Source: Octopus sinensis (lineage: Eukaryota). From it: a stretch of DNA of 64,000 bases. The stretch covers positions 51,212,001-51,276,000 of the forward strand of contig NC_043001.1 of the NCBI RefSeq assembly GCF_006345805.1, read 5' to 3'. The translations under genes were made by a program, and so were the position numbers. Under the pieces are notes generated by a model, which saw nothing but the letters and a program-made list of their open reading frames with translations, did not search any database and had not been told where the DNA came from. Shown here one piece after another: positions 1 to 14,001 of this stretch (its first letter is position 1; each line of letters opens with the position of its first letter).

Positions 1-47
1 TATACACACATATATACATATATATGTATATATATATATATATATAT

Positions 48-210
48 GATGGGCTTCTTTTAGTTTCCATCTACCAAATCCACTCACAAGGCTTTGGTAG
101 ACCCAAGGCTATAGTAGAAGACACTTGCCCAAGGTGCCACACAGTGGGACTGAACTGGGAACCATGTGGTTGGTAAGCAAGCTACTTACCACACAGCCAC
201 TCCTACGCCT
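48..210 (-). mobile_element. tRNA-derived SINE, family A head
   Basis: Reverse complement of ggcgtaggagtggctgtgtggtaagtagcttgc...ggttc(c)agttcagtccc (A/B-box-like). Recurs at ~10503, 26752, 35130, 53260, 55475, 56409 and 62630. Confidence 0.8.
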
Positions 211-629
211 ATACACTTTAGTATTTCAAGATATTTCTTTGTAATTTTGGTAAATATATCTGTTAAAATGAGATGTCAGTGATATTTTCATGTTTGCATA
301 ATTTAGATGACAATTTATTCACCACACCCTGTATATATATATATGTGTGTGTGAGTTTAGATGGATATATCATTCAGCTGGATACCATGGTGGTTCTCAG
401 TTACAGCTATCACATCTATTAGTATTTGATATCTATGACTACTATTAATCATCACTGATGCTGAAAATTTCTGTGATGGGTAACTCCATATTCACTTCAC
501 TGGATAATAATATTGCCTGGAGTGTATATTAGCAATAATTATAACAATATTGAACATGTGTGTGTGATGGGCTTCACTTACAGTTTCTGCCTACTAAATT
601 CACTTACAAGGTATTATATATGGTAGCTG

Positions 630-1017
630 TGATACCAGTGCTGGTGGCACATAAGAGAACCATCCAAATGTGGCCATTGCTAGCGCTGCTCCGACTGGCT
701 TCCGTGCTGATGGCACATAAAAGCACCATCTGATCGTGGCCATTGCCAGCCTTGCCTGGCCTCTGTGCCGGTGGCACATAAAAAGCACCATCTGATCATG
801 GTCGTTTGCCAGCCTCACCTGGCACCTGTGCCGGTGGCACATAAAAATCACCCACTACGCTCATGGAGTGGTTGGCATTAGGAAGGGCATCCAGCCGTAG
901 AAACATTGCCAGATCAGACTGGGCTTGGTGCAGCCTTCTGGCTTCCCAGACCCCAGTTGCACCGTCCAACCCATGCCAGCATGGAAAGCAGATGCTAAAC
1001 GATGATGATAATGATGA
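630..1017 (+). mobile_element. Non-autonomous retroelement with ~62-bp internal repeats and a (GAT)n tail
   Basis: Same family as 16320-16495, 21328-21490 and 21728-22640 (ggaagggcatccagc...catgctagcatggaaagc...gatgatgat). Confidence 0.7.
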
Positions 1018-1449
1018 TATATGTATATATAAGCACATGGATGTGGTTGTGTGGTGGGAAGCTTGCTTCCCAACCATATGACCCTGGGTTCAGTCTCACT
1101 AAATGGCACCTTGGGCAAATGCTTCCTACAAAAGTCCTGGGCGGATCAAAGCCTTGTGAGTGGATTTGGAAGATGAATCCTGTCACATATATACATGTAT
1201 GTGTGTGTGTATGTATGTCTGTATGTTTGGGCTTATCCCCCCACCACTTGACACCTGTACTGGTTTGTTTACATCTTGTAAATTAGTGGCTCAGCAAAAA
1301 AAAAAAGGCCAATAGTATTAGTAGCAGAAGCAAACTTTAAAATAAATACAGGGTTGATTTGTTCAAGTAAACCTTACAAATTGGTACCCCAGCATGGCCA
1401 CAGACCAAGAACTGAATCAAATAGAAAATAAAAGATAAATAAACCTTAC

Positions 1450-1770
1450 CTGTAACTGCATTTCTTAAAATAAATGTAGCATTTGATACACCTTCTTTAT
1501 TGTGAACATATAGCGTGTATTTTCCAAAATCTTTCTCTCTAATATTTTTTAATTCTAATTGAGCAATATATCCTGGTAACTGAACTGTTTCATTTACCAC
1601 AGTTGCTTGACGATTTGATTGGGATAAAATTACCCCTTCTTTTAGATGATTGTTATGGAGCCACTCAACATGAATTTTCTGAGAGTATGAATAAATGAAA
1701 CACTTAACAGTTTTGCTCTGTGACTCTTCAGCTTCAATGACATTTTCTAGATGATCCACAATAGGAACAC
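1450..1770 (-). CDS. Ig-superfamily gene, Ig (I-set-like) domain exon; the gene continues beyond the left edge of the window
   Basis: 321 nt, T-rich tttcAG acceptor and GTAAGG donor, phase 1-1. Motifs KTVKC...VEW...LELKNIREKDFGKYTLYVHNKEG, with the F-strand Cys replaced by Leu. Confidence 0.88.
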
Positions 1771-2755
1771 CTGAAATTTAAAAAAACAAAAAAAAAAGTA
1801 AAAACTGTTAAATATGTGACTGGACATTGACTTCCATTCCTTTAGCAGTGAGAGAAATGAAAGTAATAAAATGAACATACATGCTCACACAAGCATACAT
1901 CTTTTATTTGATTCGCTCATTAGACTGTGGCCATACTGGGGCATTACACTGAGGAATATTTTTAGTCAAATGAACTGAGTCCAATACTTACTTTTTTTTT
2001 AAAGACTGGTACTTATTCTTAAATCCTTAAAAATCCTTAAAAATGTTTTAGTCTGAAGGCCGCGGCCATGCTGGGGCACCATTGATTTTTTCTTTTTTGC
2101 CTAACTGCTAAGTTAAGGGGACAGAAAAACACCAGCACTGGTTGTCAAGCAGTGGGGGCAGGGGGATAAACAGAGACACACATATACACATATATAAATA
2201 CACACACGCACATATATAAAACAATGAAGAAATAAGTGATATAGATATTCACTTTATACAGCTCAACCAATTAGTGCTCTCATAGAGCTCCAGGAATATA
2301 AAATTAAGGAGGAGAGAAAACAAATACAATAGTCGATGTATATATTCTTTCAATGCATATTAATGAAATTCTCCATGGTATATAAAGTATATACATAGAT
2401 GCATTCATCTTATATGACATATAAAAGATTTCTAAGAAATTATAGATACATACATATGCACGATAATTTATAAATATATAAAAATATGCATAGACTTTAT
2501 ACATGTTCCGGATTCCTTATGAATCATTTTGCATTCGCTTTATCATCCTCTTCATTGATTCACATTCGAACATTTGGACTTCGCAAGTACGTTTATATGG
2601 AAAATATCTGGATGTCATCTGTCAACTATGTGTGTGTGTGTGTGTATGCATATATGTAAGTATGTATACAGATAGCTAGCTAGCTAGCTTGATATATATA
2701 TATATATATATATATAGGTAAGAAAGTTGGTATGTGAAAGCACATGGTTGAATAT

Positions 2756-2842
<87 letters not shown>

Positions 2843-3364
2843 GACAGACAGACAGATCGATAATAGATAGATGGATATAAATATAGACATATATATGTAT
2901 ACATGTATGTGTATGTGTGTGTGAGTGCTATAAATTAATGTCATTCATTTCCATTATTCTATGAGAACATTTCTGGCCATGAGGAAATATTACCTTGCAT
3001 GGAAATAGATAAGGGTTTGCAACAGGAAGAGCATCCATCCATAAGAATCTACCTCAATAATGCCATCTAACTCATGCTTATGGTGGTTATGGTAATTAGT
3101 TAAAAATTAAGAAATAAGAGGTAGGGGTAAGAGGCTGTGTTCTCAAACATGAATGACCTAACAATTAATGTTTTTGATATCTGTGTATTTATTATTTCAA
3201 ACAGCTGTATTTTGCATATGCACAATGAATTAATTGTATTGGAAAACATATGTCTTATTGTATATGTGATATTTAAAGGTTTGCACTGCATAATGATAGA
3301 AATAATGTTTTGTTTAATATTGGTTTCGGGGTAGAGAGTAAGTTGATTACAACAACCCCATTGC

Positions 3365-3722
3365 TCAACTGGCAGAAACGTTAGCACGCCGGGCGAAATG
3401 CATAGCCGTATTTTGTCTGCAGTTACGTTCTGAGTTCAAATTCCGCCGAGGTTGACTTTGCCTTTCATCCTTTCGGGGTCGATAAATTAAGTACCAGTTA
3501 TGCACGGGGTCGATGTAATCGACTTAATACCTATGTCTGTCCTTGTTTGTCCCCTCTATGTTTAGCCCCTTGTGGGTAATAAAGAAATAGGTACTCATTT
3601 TATTGACCCCCAAAAGGTGAAAGCGTCGACCTCGATGGAAGTTGAACTCAGAATGTAAAAATGGACAAAATGCTGCTAAGCATTTTTCCCCGATGTGCTA
3701 ACAAATCTGCCAGCTTGCCACC
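3365..3722. mobile_element. Two SINE family B copies in opposite orientation (+ 3365-3590, - 3590-3722)
   Basis: ctggcagaaacgttagc...gagttcaaattcc head and the cctttcatcctttcggggtcgataaattaagtaccag core, which from memory resembles the MetaSINE domain. Other copies at ~13370, 17635, 19023, 21076, 34890, 49075 and 56047. Confidence 0.75.
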
Positions 3723-3801
3723 TTATATGTTTTATATGATATTGTCATATGACAATTGGACATAGTTATTATAAACAGAATAAGGCAAGTAAATATGTAG
3801 C

Positions 3802-4148
3802 AAGGTTGTTGGCATCCTTTTTGTCTCGGGAGACAATGGAGTTGTGCATAAAATAGTCCAGTCCGGCTTTTACATTTCATGTCCTGATACATTTCCTGCT
3901 GTGGCTGTGTAGTCCTATCCTGGACAAACATTCCCTCTGGCAGGTACCGCAAATGTAGCGAAGACTGTTTCTGGCTGGTTGTAGTGTCATAGTTTCTTGT
4001 TGATGTCTATTCTTGTCTTTCCATTTCTCCTCTCTCTCTCTGTCACTCTTTTGTATTCCCTCTTTTACGGTACGTCGCCAATCTCCACGGTTGCTGGCAA
4101 TTTCTTCCCAACTGCTAATATTGATGTTGCAGGCCTTCATGTCCCTTC
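3802..4148 (-). mobile_element. 5'-truncated RTE-clade LINE, 3' end
   Basis: ORF MKACNINISSWEEIASNRGDWRRTVKEG...YICGTCQRECLSRIGLHSHSRKC matches the RTE C-terminus with its zinc finger. Flanked by ~75-bp direct repeats (3727-3801, 4149-4224). Confidence 0.85.
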
Positions 4149-4901
4149 ATGTTTTATATGATATTGTCATATGATAATTGAATTATAGTTATTATAAACA
4201 GAATAAGGCAAGTAAATATGTAGCTAGGTATTTGCATGTATATGGATATGTATTTATGTGGATGTTACAGCCCAAAATTAATTATCCTTTGCCAAAAAAT
4301 TGTACACAAAGCAGAAGAAAGAGCACATTAATGTGCACCTAAGGTGATTTTGTTTTGGGGTTCAATATTCAGGTTTTTTATAACCTTCAGCAAAGCTTCT
4401 AGAACCTTCAGAAATATGATTTCGCAGGAATTCACACAAATTATTTTATAAGCTTATTCCCTTACTAGTTACATGCCTGCCAATATGGTTTTCAAAAAAT
4501 ATTTATGTAAGTGCTCATGCCTTTTATGGTAATATAATTTGGCCTTGGTTGTAAATTGGGAATCTGAGCAAGCTGGTACAATGTGTGTGTGGGGGGGGGG
4601 GGACCATATGTATGTGTGGGAGCAAGTGTCTGTATATAATATATGCTTGTGTATGTATATGCATGTGTATAAGCATGTATAAGTGTATGCATGTCTGTAT
4701 ATGATACATTCTTCCACATGTATGTGTGTGCGTTTGTGTGTAAAAGAAAGAGAGAGGGGGGAGCGAGCATAAAACAGCTTAAATTAGAAAAACTTGGAAA
4801 AATTTAAATATTAAAAAACTTCACTGTAGGTTGAATAAGAATGTAAACACATTCTTCCTCTATATGTACACACACACACATATAGTAATATATATATAAA
4901 T

Positions 4902-4932
<31 letters not shown>

Positions 4933-6018
4933 CAGATATGACAGAAGTAAATAGACACCCTATAAATCATCATTTTATGTTTATTCTAACTTGTAATGGT
5001 TTATTTTTTTATTAATTGACATTTTTATGTTTCAGGTTCTATACGTGACTGCTTAATCATGCCATGTACAAAAGAAGCCTTGGAACTGTCTGAATTTCAA
5101 AGAGGCCATGGGACATGCTGAAGATGGACATAGCATAAAATTGCAGAAAACCTTGGATTCCTGCTTTCCACAGTTAATAGAGTGATTGTGCAATTCACCA
5201 GAGAAGGGAAGGAGTCCACATCACTTTACCCAGATCAACCAGGACCCTCTGATAGGACCCTTCTCTTTGCTAAGAAAAGTGTGGTGGATATTCCTCATTG
5301 CAAGGCCTCTGACATAACAGAACGAGCTGATATCAGCCCCAGAATAGCTGTCAGGTATCTCCACAAACTTGGTTATTATGGCAGAGCAGCAAGAAGGAAG
5401 CCACTTCTTCAACCAACCAACATCAAGCAGAGAAAAGCTTGGGCCAATGGGATGGTGGAAAGGCAACAAGCATTTTGGGGCACTGTCATATTCTCTGATG
5501 AATCCAGATTTGCTGTATTTCCTGACAGTGGTGAAGTGTAGGTCTGGAGACTCTGTGATCAAGAATTTGATGTGTAAAGATTGCAGCCAACAATGAAACA
5601 TGGCAGCTATTCTGTGATGGTCTGAGGAGCAATTTGGAGCAATGGTTGATTTTGAGGGTGGAGTTTGAGGGGAAACATAAACTCAGATAAATATGTGTCC
5701 ATATTGCAAAAAAGGCTCTTCCAATTTTTTCCAGTGGTGAAATGATTAAAGAAGACTTTATTTATGGAAGTATTAAAACAGAGTATCTTGATTGGTTTGT
5801 GTGAGGTGGCTGAAAACTTTTGCACTGCCATTTTTGGTGGTCATCTCACATCTTCCCCTCTCAAACAGTACAAAATATAATGATTAAGTATGAAAATGAC
5901 ACCAACAGAGTCAATGTTTCATCTGTGAAAAACACAATGCGGAACAACCACTTATAAGTTGGCAATTAGTAGAAATTTACAATAGTTTAAAGTGGCCAAA
6001 GACTTCTGCATGGTACTG
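4933..6018 (+). mobile_element. Degenerate Tc1-like DNA transposon
   Basis: Transposase remnants ELSEFQRG, GYYGRAARRKPLL, WGTVIFSDESRF and LQPTMKHG..SVMV*GAI, with stops and frameshifts. Weak TIRs TA-CAG...CAGAAGT / ACTTCTG...CTG-TA. Confidence 0.85.
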
Positions 6019-6027
6019 TACATACCT

Positions 6028-6073
<46 letters not shown>

Positions 6074-6211
6074 ATATTATATATACACTTATACATATAT
6101 ATATATATATATTCTTTTATTCTTTTATTTTTTACTTGTTTCAGTCATTTGGGTGTGGCCATGCTGGAGCACCACCTTGAAGAGTTTTAGTCGAACAAAT
6201 TGACTCCAGGA

Positions 6212-6255
<44 letters not shown>

Positions 6256-6371
6256 TATACATATATATATACATACGTATATATCTATATGTGTGAGTGT
6301 GTACATATTATATATATACATATATAGATATATACATACATACACACATAGTATATGTATTTGTATATATG

Positions 6372-6406
<35 letters not shown>

Positions 6407-6739
6407 TAGTGTTGAGTTCTGCCTCTCTTATTACTCAGAGTTTTGCAGGTGTATAGCAGAAGCAAATTATTATTTATAGCATGAATATACTTGTAGGTGG
6501 TGGCCTGCAATTGGTTAGTGTATGAGTCAAATAAGAAAATAATTGGAAAAAAGTGGAAAAATAGGGGAGAAAAATTAAGAAAAAGATAAGAAAAATATCT
6601 ATGAAGAAAAAGAGTGTGTGTACATATATGTATATATATATATGAATGTATGTGTATATCTCTCTCTCTCTCTCTATCTATCTACCTATCGGTCTGTCTT
6701 TCTGTCTGCCTCTCTCTCTCTCTCTCTGTATATATATAT

Positions 6740-6792
<53 letters not shown>

Positions 6793-9002
6793 TATATATA
6801 CACACACACAGGGGACTATGTTTTTCTTTGCTAAATATGCTTATGCTTATGCTTACATTTATGTAACATTTCTTATCAATGGTATAATGCCTCATATAAG
6901 TGGTTGTCCATTTACCATCTCTTTTCGAATGCATGTAAATACATATGTTTGTGTCTGTATGTATTTATCTGTCTATGCACACACACACGCATGTGTATGC
7001 ACACACACACATGCACATGCTCACACACATGCATACATACCTACATATGTGACACCAGCATCAGCCATGACTACAATTTCTCTTGGCTTCACAGGCCTTC
7101 TGAAGCATGGTATATCACCAAAGGTCGCAGTGACCTGTCACTGCCTCCATGAAGCTCAACATTCGAATAGTGCTTTTTACATGCCACTGGCATGGATGCC
7201 AATCACACAGCACTGACATCGGTCATGACTACGATTTCACTTGGTTTGACAGGTCTTCTCAAGCATGGTATATCACCAAAAGTCTCACTCACTTATTATC
7301 TCTGTGAGGCCAGATTTGAAGATCATGTTTCACCACCTTGTCCCATATCTTCTTGGGTCTTCCTGTTTCATAGGTTCCCTCTATCAAAGTTACAAATCAG
7401 TTTTACAAAATTTTTTGAAAATAACCTAAATTGCATGTAAGTAACCCATATGGATAACCATGTACTAAGTAATATATCTAATTCATTTATTAATTTCTGA
7501 TCAGTGTGTGGAATGTACATTATTCAAGCCATGATCATCCCAGCTTATTTTCCGACATTTTATATTCAGTACAACTTTATCCAATGTATTCAGATGATAA
7601 GGATGAGGTTCAAAGGAGATTGACTGCTAATTCTAACAGGTCAAGTAACCATGTAGATGTGTCTTTACTCACTCAATAACTGGCTACAAATTCATGAAAA
7701 GTGAGCAACTGTCACAGACTAACTGTGCTATTGCTGCCTTCTCGAGCTACCACTTAAATCTACATGCTAATCCTTGATATCACAAACCCATCTCTCTGTC
7801 TGTCTGTCTCTCTCTCTCGCTCTCTCTCTCACCCCAAATTATATTACTGATTCAGACCACTCTACTCAACAACAACATTATTCCTACCACTCTAACTACC
7901 ATCTACATTGAGAAAGTTTTAAACTCTATTCTCTGTTATCTACTCTTACAAAAAAAACAAAAAAAACTGAACAGCACCCCCTTAGGAAACAACACAAACC
8001 TCTAACTGGCAAACAAAGTGTATCTAGAAGCTACAATTTCCACTGGGCTCCATCCTCTCATCCCATTTATTTGCTGACGCATATGCCTGTTATCATTGTT
8101 CCAGATTCTCAGTGTGGATTTAGATCTAATAGAAGCATTGATCTAATAGAATAGACTGAATTGCCAAAGTAAGCATTTCTATGGCAGTATGAGATACCCA
8201 TACATGTCTACACACATGCATTCATACAGACACAAATATAACACTGACAAACAGCACCAAATATGCATATGCATGTATGCACCCACACATGAACATTTAT
8301 TTGCATATGTGCATATACACTTTTTCCTCATTTAGATCTGATAGAAGATATAGTGTGTTGGTGTAAGACAGTTGTAAGAAAAGAGCATAGAGAAGGTTTC
8401 TCTCTTTACCAATTTTTCATAGTCCAAATAAAAAAAACTTTTACATGGTGGATAGAAATTCACTGTGAAGAATAAGGAAAGTTAGGATGTCTATCTATCT
8501 CAGTTTCCTGATACATTTGTATAATAACGAGTGCTTTCTTTGGTTCTGATAATGTTCTATTGTCACCAATTCCTGTGGACAATGGTGTTAATCAGAGGGG
8601 TGGATCTTCACAGTAATTATTCATATATTTCAGAACTATGAAATAGATAGCTTTGCCATCTTGCACCAAGTAAGCTTTTCAATCTGAATCATATCAAAAC
8701 AAGGACTAAGACCTTCATAACATTAGTTCTTGATTTGTTGTACTCTTTTGAGTGTGATCTTGTGGTTCACTCAGAGCAAGATATTCTAAAGATCATAGAC
8801 CTCTCCTTCAAATGTTTGTACTGCTATGGGACTTATGTTAAATCTGAAGAAAGCTAAGGTGATTTTTATACTTGTTCAGAGTGAGAGGTACATGTAGACT
8901 AAACATAATGCTATGAATTATTTTGTATACCTCAGTAACTCTGTTTTGGGTGGGGCATCTTTAGATTCTGAGATCAAATTGCTTTTAAAATACTTAGATA
9001 AG

Positions 9003-9103
9003 TGTGGTGTATATTCCTCATTGCAAGGCCTCTGATATAGCAGAACAAGCTGATGTCAGCTCCAGAATAGCTGTCAGGTATCTCCACAAACTTGGCTATT
9101 ATT
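9003..9103 (+). mobile_element. ~100-bp internal fragment of the Tc1 transposase
   Basis: About 93% identical to 5280-5379 by hand count; flanked by the direct repeat tacttagataag. Confidence 0.8.
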
Positions 9104-9639
9104 ATTTTTACTTAGATAAGGATTTGATGCTTTCAACAAGCTTTACAGTTATGATGCATAGATCATCACATCTTTGCTACATATATTTGAGAAATAGATA
9201 ATCTATCATTATCAAAATCCTTGAAAGATTCCACCAGAAGCAAGTATTTAACATGTATATTAAACATTAGTTGGAAATCATTTATACATGACTCAGAAGT
9301 GTCATGTACAAATTAGCACAAGTATAGCTATGTGATTAAGGAGTTTGTCTTAAAGCATCAGGAAACAAAATTTTTCCTGAGTGCAATAAAAACCTATCTT
9401 ATTCCTTCCTATGAATGTAAGAATGGAGATGAGGAGATGAAAAGGTGAAGGAGTAAGGTGAGAGGAAATACTATTGTATCATTCAGTTAGTGGAAGGGTT
9501 ACCAGGTTCATGGGCACTTTGCTCTTGCACCTCTGACATGAGCCAAAGATTTTTTTTTAAAATACACACACATATGTATGCATACATGTACATATGCGCA
9601 CACACATGCATACACATGCACACACACACATTCATGATT

Positions 9640-9925
9640 TTTTCTTCTCAAGAAATAAAGTTCTAACAAACATAAGCTTCCAGAAAACTGCAATTTCATC
9701 AACATTTTATACTTGCCTTCCTTTGGTGTGTGGTACACTTCAGCTATAACTTTTTTCAGCTGCTCAAGATGATTACTAACATTCTCTGTATCAGAGCTGG
9801 CAGCTTCACCAGTAATTTTTTGATTGTGCAAATTAAAGCACTTCATAAATCTTTCAAACAAGCCTGTACAAGCCAGAAAAGGTTTTCCATTACAAGTTTC
9901 ACTTACCTCTTTCTGCAAGTCCTCA
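9640..9925 (-). mobile_element. Tigger/pogo transposase fragment
   Basis: FLACTGLFERFMKCFNLHNQKITGEAASSDTE...LKKVIAE matches the Tigger motif GWFERFKKRFNLHNIKITGEAASAD. Confidence 0.8.
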
Positions 9926-10310
9926 TAGAAATTTGGCTTCTTTTTTTTTTTAATGTTTATTTATCTTTATGCTTATCAGCTCAATGCATTGAGTTTGATC
10001 CTTGAGCCAAACACTCAAGAACCATCCTATTTTAAGAACATCATCATCGTTTAATGTGTGGTCTTCATGCTGGGATGGATTTGACAGTTTGACATGGAGC
10101 TGTCTAGACTCCAACTATCTTGTGGCATGGTTTCTACAGCTGGATGCCCTTCCTTACACATACCACTTAACAGAGTATAGGATGGGGTTGACTGTAGTTG
10201 ATCATGAATATATAACATAAATTTAGATCATAAATGATAGAGAATAAAATCTATCAAAGAAACTTAAGATTAAGAAGGCATGAACACATATATAGATGTA
10301 TAAACATGCA

Positions 10311-10369
<59 letters not shown>

Positions 10370-11595
10370 TATATTCTATCGGTCTCTTTTGCCGAACCGC
10401 TAAGTTACACACTAGCATCGGTTGTCAAGCGATATTGGGGGGACAAACACAGACATAAAAACATGTACACACACACATACATATATATATACATATATAC
10501 AATGGGCTTCTTTCAGTTTCCATCTACCAAATCCACTCACAAGGCTTTGGTTGGCCAAAGGCTAGAGTAGAAGACACTTGCCCAAAGTTCCACGCAGTGG
10601 GACTGAACCTGGAACCATGGGGTTGGTAAGCAAGCTACTTACCACACAGCCACTCCTACACCTATATATATATATATATATATATATAGCCTTTGAGTTT
10701 GTTGTTCGTTTATGTGAAACATTTTTGAATGTGCTCATAAAAAGCTCTTTTGCTCCTTATTCTGACTACTGCTTATCATTCCTATCTTCTAGAGTAATTT
10801 TTGCTACATACGTTTCCAAAATCTTCATGTTTTAATTTGTGCATTCTCATCCAAAGGATGTATATGAATACAGCTATGTATATATACATATATATATTTA
10901 CACACATACAGAGAGAGACAGAGAGCGAGAGAGAGAAAGATAGAAAGAGAAGCGACATGTGTGTATGTATGTATGTGTGTGTATGTGTGCATATGCATGC
11001 ATGTGTGTGCATCCATAGTGTAAGAAAATGGACTGAATTGCCAAAGTAAGCATTCTTATGGCAGTATGAGATACACATATGTCTACACACATGCATTCAC
11101 ACAGACACAAATATAACACTGACAAATAGCACCAAATGTGCATATGCATGTATGCACCCACACATGCACATTTATTTGCATATGTGCACATACACTTTTT
11201 TTACATTCACAGATGTATATTTACATATTTTCTTTTTGCGTGAAATTGACATAACAGTGTCAGTTAATTCTTATAAGTCAGGCAATATGCACACATGCTG
11301 AATAAACAGTGAAAGCAAGGCTATTAGCATAAATCAACACAGCAAAATATGTGCTTCAATATGGTACATAGTTAAATAAAGTTTAATATGAAATAAACAT
11401 CAAATTTGAAATTTTGGAAAGGCTGGAGTAATTTTTGTACCAGACTAAAAACACAAAGAGAAAAGAAGAATGAGAAGAAGAAGAAGAAGAAGTAGCTCAG
11501 TTGAATCAATCAATAATCACATAATTGTGAGGGAAACTTGTAAACCATGCATTCATGCCTATGACTCTCTAGGAATTATTATTTAATTGTCTTAC

Positions 11596-11874
11596 CAGAT
11601 GCAGAGAGTATCCCAGATCCTTTAATTATTTGTGTTTTCTGGTTAGCTGTTACCATAATAGTACATGTCCAGTTGCCTGTATCCCTCCAGGAAGTATTAT
11701 TGAAGATTAATTGAGTCTCATTGGAGACATGTCCTTCAATCTGATGTCCAAAGATTTTTTGCGTCCATTTTAATGAAGCTATTTGAAAATTAGTTGAATC
11801 TTCAACATTACATTTCAATGTAGCTTGTTCACCTATTTTCACATTGACACTGTTTACTTGAACTGTTGGGAAAT
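11596..11874 (-). CDS. Ig-superfamily gene, Ig (I/C2-like) domain exon
   Basis: 279 nt, ttttttgctgcAG acceptor and GTAAG donor, phase 1-1. Motifs GEQATLKC...LKW...LIFNNTSWRDTGNWTC and several N-glycosylation sequons. Confidence 0.9.
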
Positions 11875-12076
11875 CTGCAGCAAAAAAGATAAAATACACA
11901 ATATATATAAACATGTAATAAATATTTAAAAGATTCTAAAATATTTGTTTGCCTGATATTTCCTCCTGTTAAATTCAGTTTAATCATTCTGGCACCAACC
12001 CACCCAATTCATCCCCTTGGTTCTATGATACCAACTTCCAGTTTTAAAGTGATCTAAATTAAAACCTTCCATGTTA

Positions 12077-13317
12077 CCATAAAAACCCATGTAATTTACG
12101 CACTTTTTCTGCAAAAATAAAAATATATTAGTGGGTGCATAAATTACAGGAGTAGATCATTTCCAGAATTTTTTTTGAAATTTTTTTTTGAAAAAAGACG
12201 TACAAAACGTAAACATTTGTACCGGAAGTTGACTCATTTAATGTCAGGATAGATTTTTACGGGAAAAATAATGGCTTTTACTAATGCTAGACGGTTTGGT
12301 GCTTACTTTTTCTGTATAAATTTACTAAAACCCATAAATGATTAACTACTTTTTGAAGTCTGATGTTCATGCTGGCAAATATGATTTGGGCCATATTTTA
12401 TATTGCTTAGAGTTTCTACCTATCTCAATGGAGCACCATTGACATACCTAGTGATATGGATATTCCTGACTGAAAAAAATGTAGTAATGATATGGATAAT
12501 CTTGATTATATGTTTTTATTTTTGTCTGTTTATTACTAGGCATGGTTTTAAGTTTGTTGTACTGTGTGCGCCAATTTCGAACATTGGCTTCATTAACATT
12601 AAAATGCCACATTCAAATGCATATTCAACATATTTAATTTCTCCTTCACAGTAAACGATTCACAAGTTCTGCTCATACTGACTATAACGGTAATGACAAA
12701 GTTTTAAGTTTGCTTGAAATTTTATAAGTGTTATAAGGGATTAAAATTTCGATACTCCATATCAAAGGTTCAGACAAGAATAGACAGAAAAGAATTCTGT
12801 TTACATAATCAGTTTGATAAATCACCTTCCACTGTCGGTTGAGTAAAGTGTCATCCAAGCTGATGTTTATTGGTAATTAAACTTAATTGCACACCTGTGC
12901 ATATTTATCATCTTTGCTTTTGTTGGTAATTCTTATCAACAACTTTTCTTGTGATCGTGATTTGAGGAGACATGCTGCAGTATGCTAAAGATCAAACATA
13001 ATCTCTTGTGACAAGAAATGTAAAATAAAGTTTATTATAAACAACATAAAAATTTTGTAATTTAATAGCTTTCAATGTGATACTTGTTAAAAGGAAATCA
13101 TTTGTATTTAATGAAAATTTAATAAAATCTAATCTTAAGTAAGTGAAATTATGCTAAATACAACTAAATTGAAAACCTTTTTCCCTGGCTATATCGGCAA
13201 TTCTGAAAACTTTTGGGTGCAAAATGTTACACGAGTAGAAGCTTTTTTTAACAGATTTCATCCTGAAAATCACCTGCATACATTACACAGGTGTGCAATG
13301 TACATGAGTTTTTATGG
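12077..13317. mobile_element. Non-autonomous TIR element (pogo/Tc1-type ends, TA target duplication) nested in an older MITE
   Basis: TA-ccataaaaacccatgtaatttacgcac ... gtgcaatgtacatgagtttttatgg-TA. The flanks resemble the 25830/27020 MITE family. Confidence 0.65.
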
Positions 13318-13956
13318 TAATTTGTTTCAAATATCAGCTCAATAATAACAGTTATTTTTACTAAATGCTGGTGAGCTGGGCAAAATGCTTAGCAGTATTT
13401 CATCGGTCTTTATGATCTGAGTTCAATTTCTACTGCGGTTGATTTTTGCCTTTCATCCTCCCAGGGTCAATAAATTAAGTACCAGTCAAGTACTGGGGCT
13501 GATGTAATTGACTATCCCTCTCCCCAAAATTTCTGGCTTTGTGTCTATAGTAGAAAGGATTACTCTCAAGATTATTTGAAACAAAGGTAGTGTACCTCAA
13601 CAGAAATATTGTAACAAAATAGTTGATGTAAATTCTGAAGCAGCTATACTAAAAATGCTTCTATGAGCATAGTTTATTCTGGAATACAATATATTAAAAT
13701 TATTGTCTGAGTTGATGTGTGGTCTACTGGAAGATGGTTTTAAATATCATTTTGTTTCTAGAATATTCTGTTGATTCCTATAGCAAATTTCTCATGGTGT
13801 TCAAAGTGTGAAAGATAGATCTATAAATGTTTCTCTGAATATGACATTAACATAATTCATGTAGAGGAGGTGCATGGTTTAGTGGTTAGGGTGTTTGCAC
13901 ACATGATTGTAAAACATGTATGTACATACATACATATATATATGTGTGTGTGTGTC

Positions 13957-14001
<45 letters not shown>

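Noticed and set aside
1771-11595. Additional Ig exons in the long introns
   Set aside because: I found no further open segment with Ig motifs and matching splice sites; small exons cannot be excluded without RNA data.
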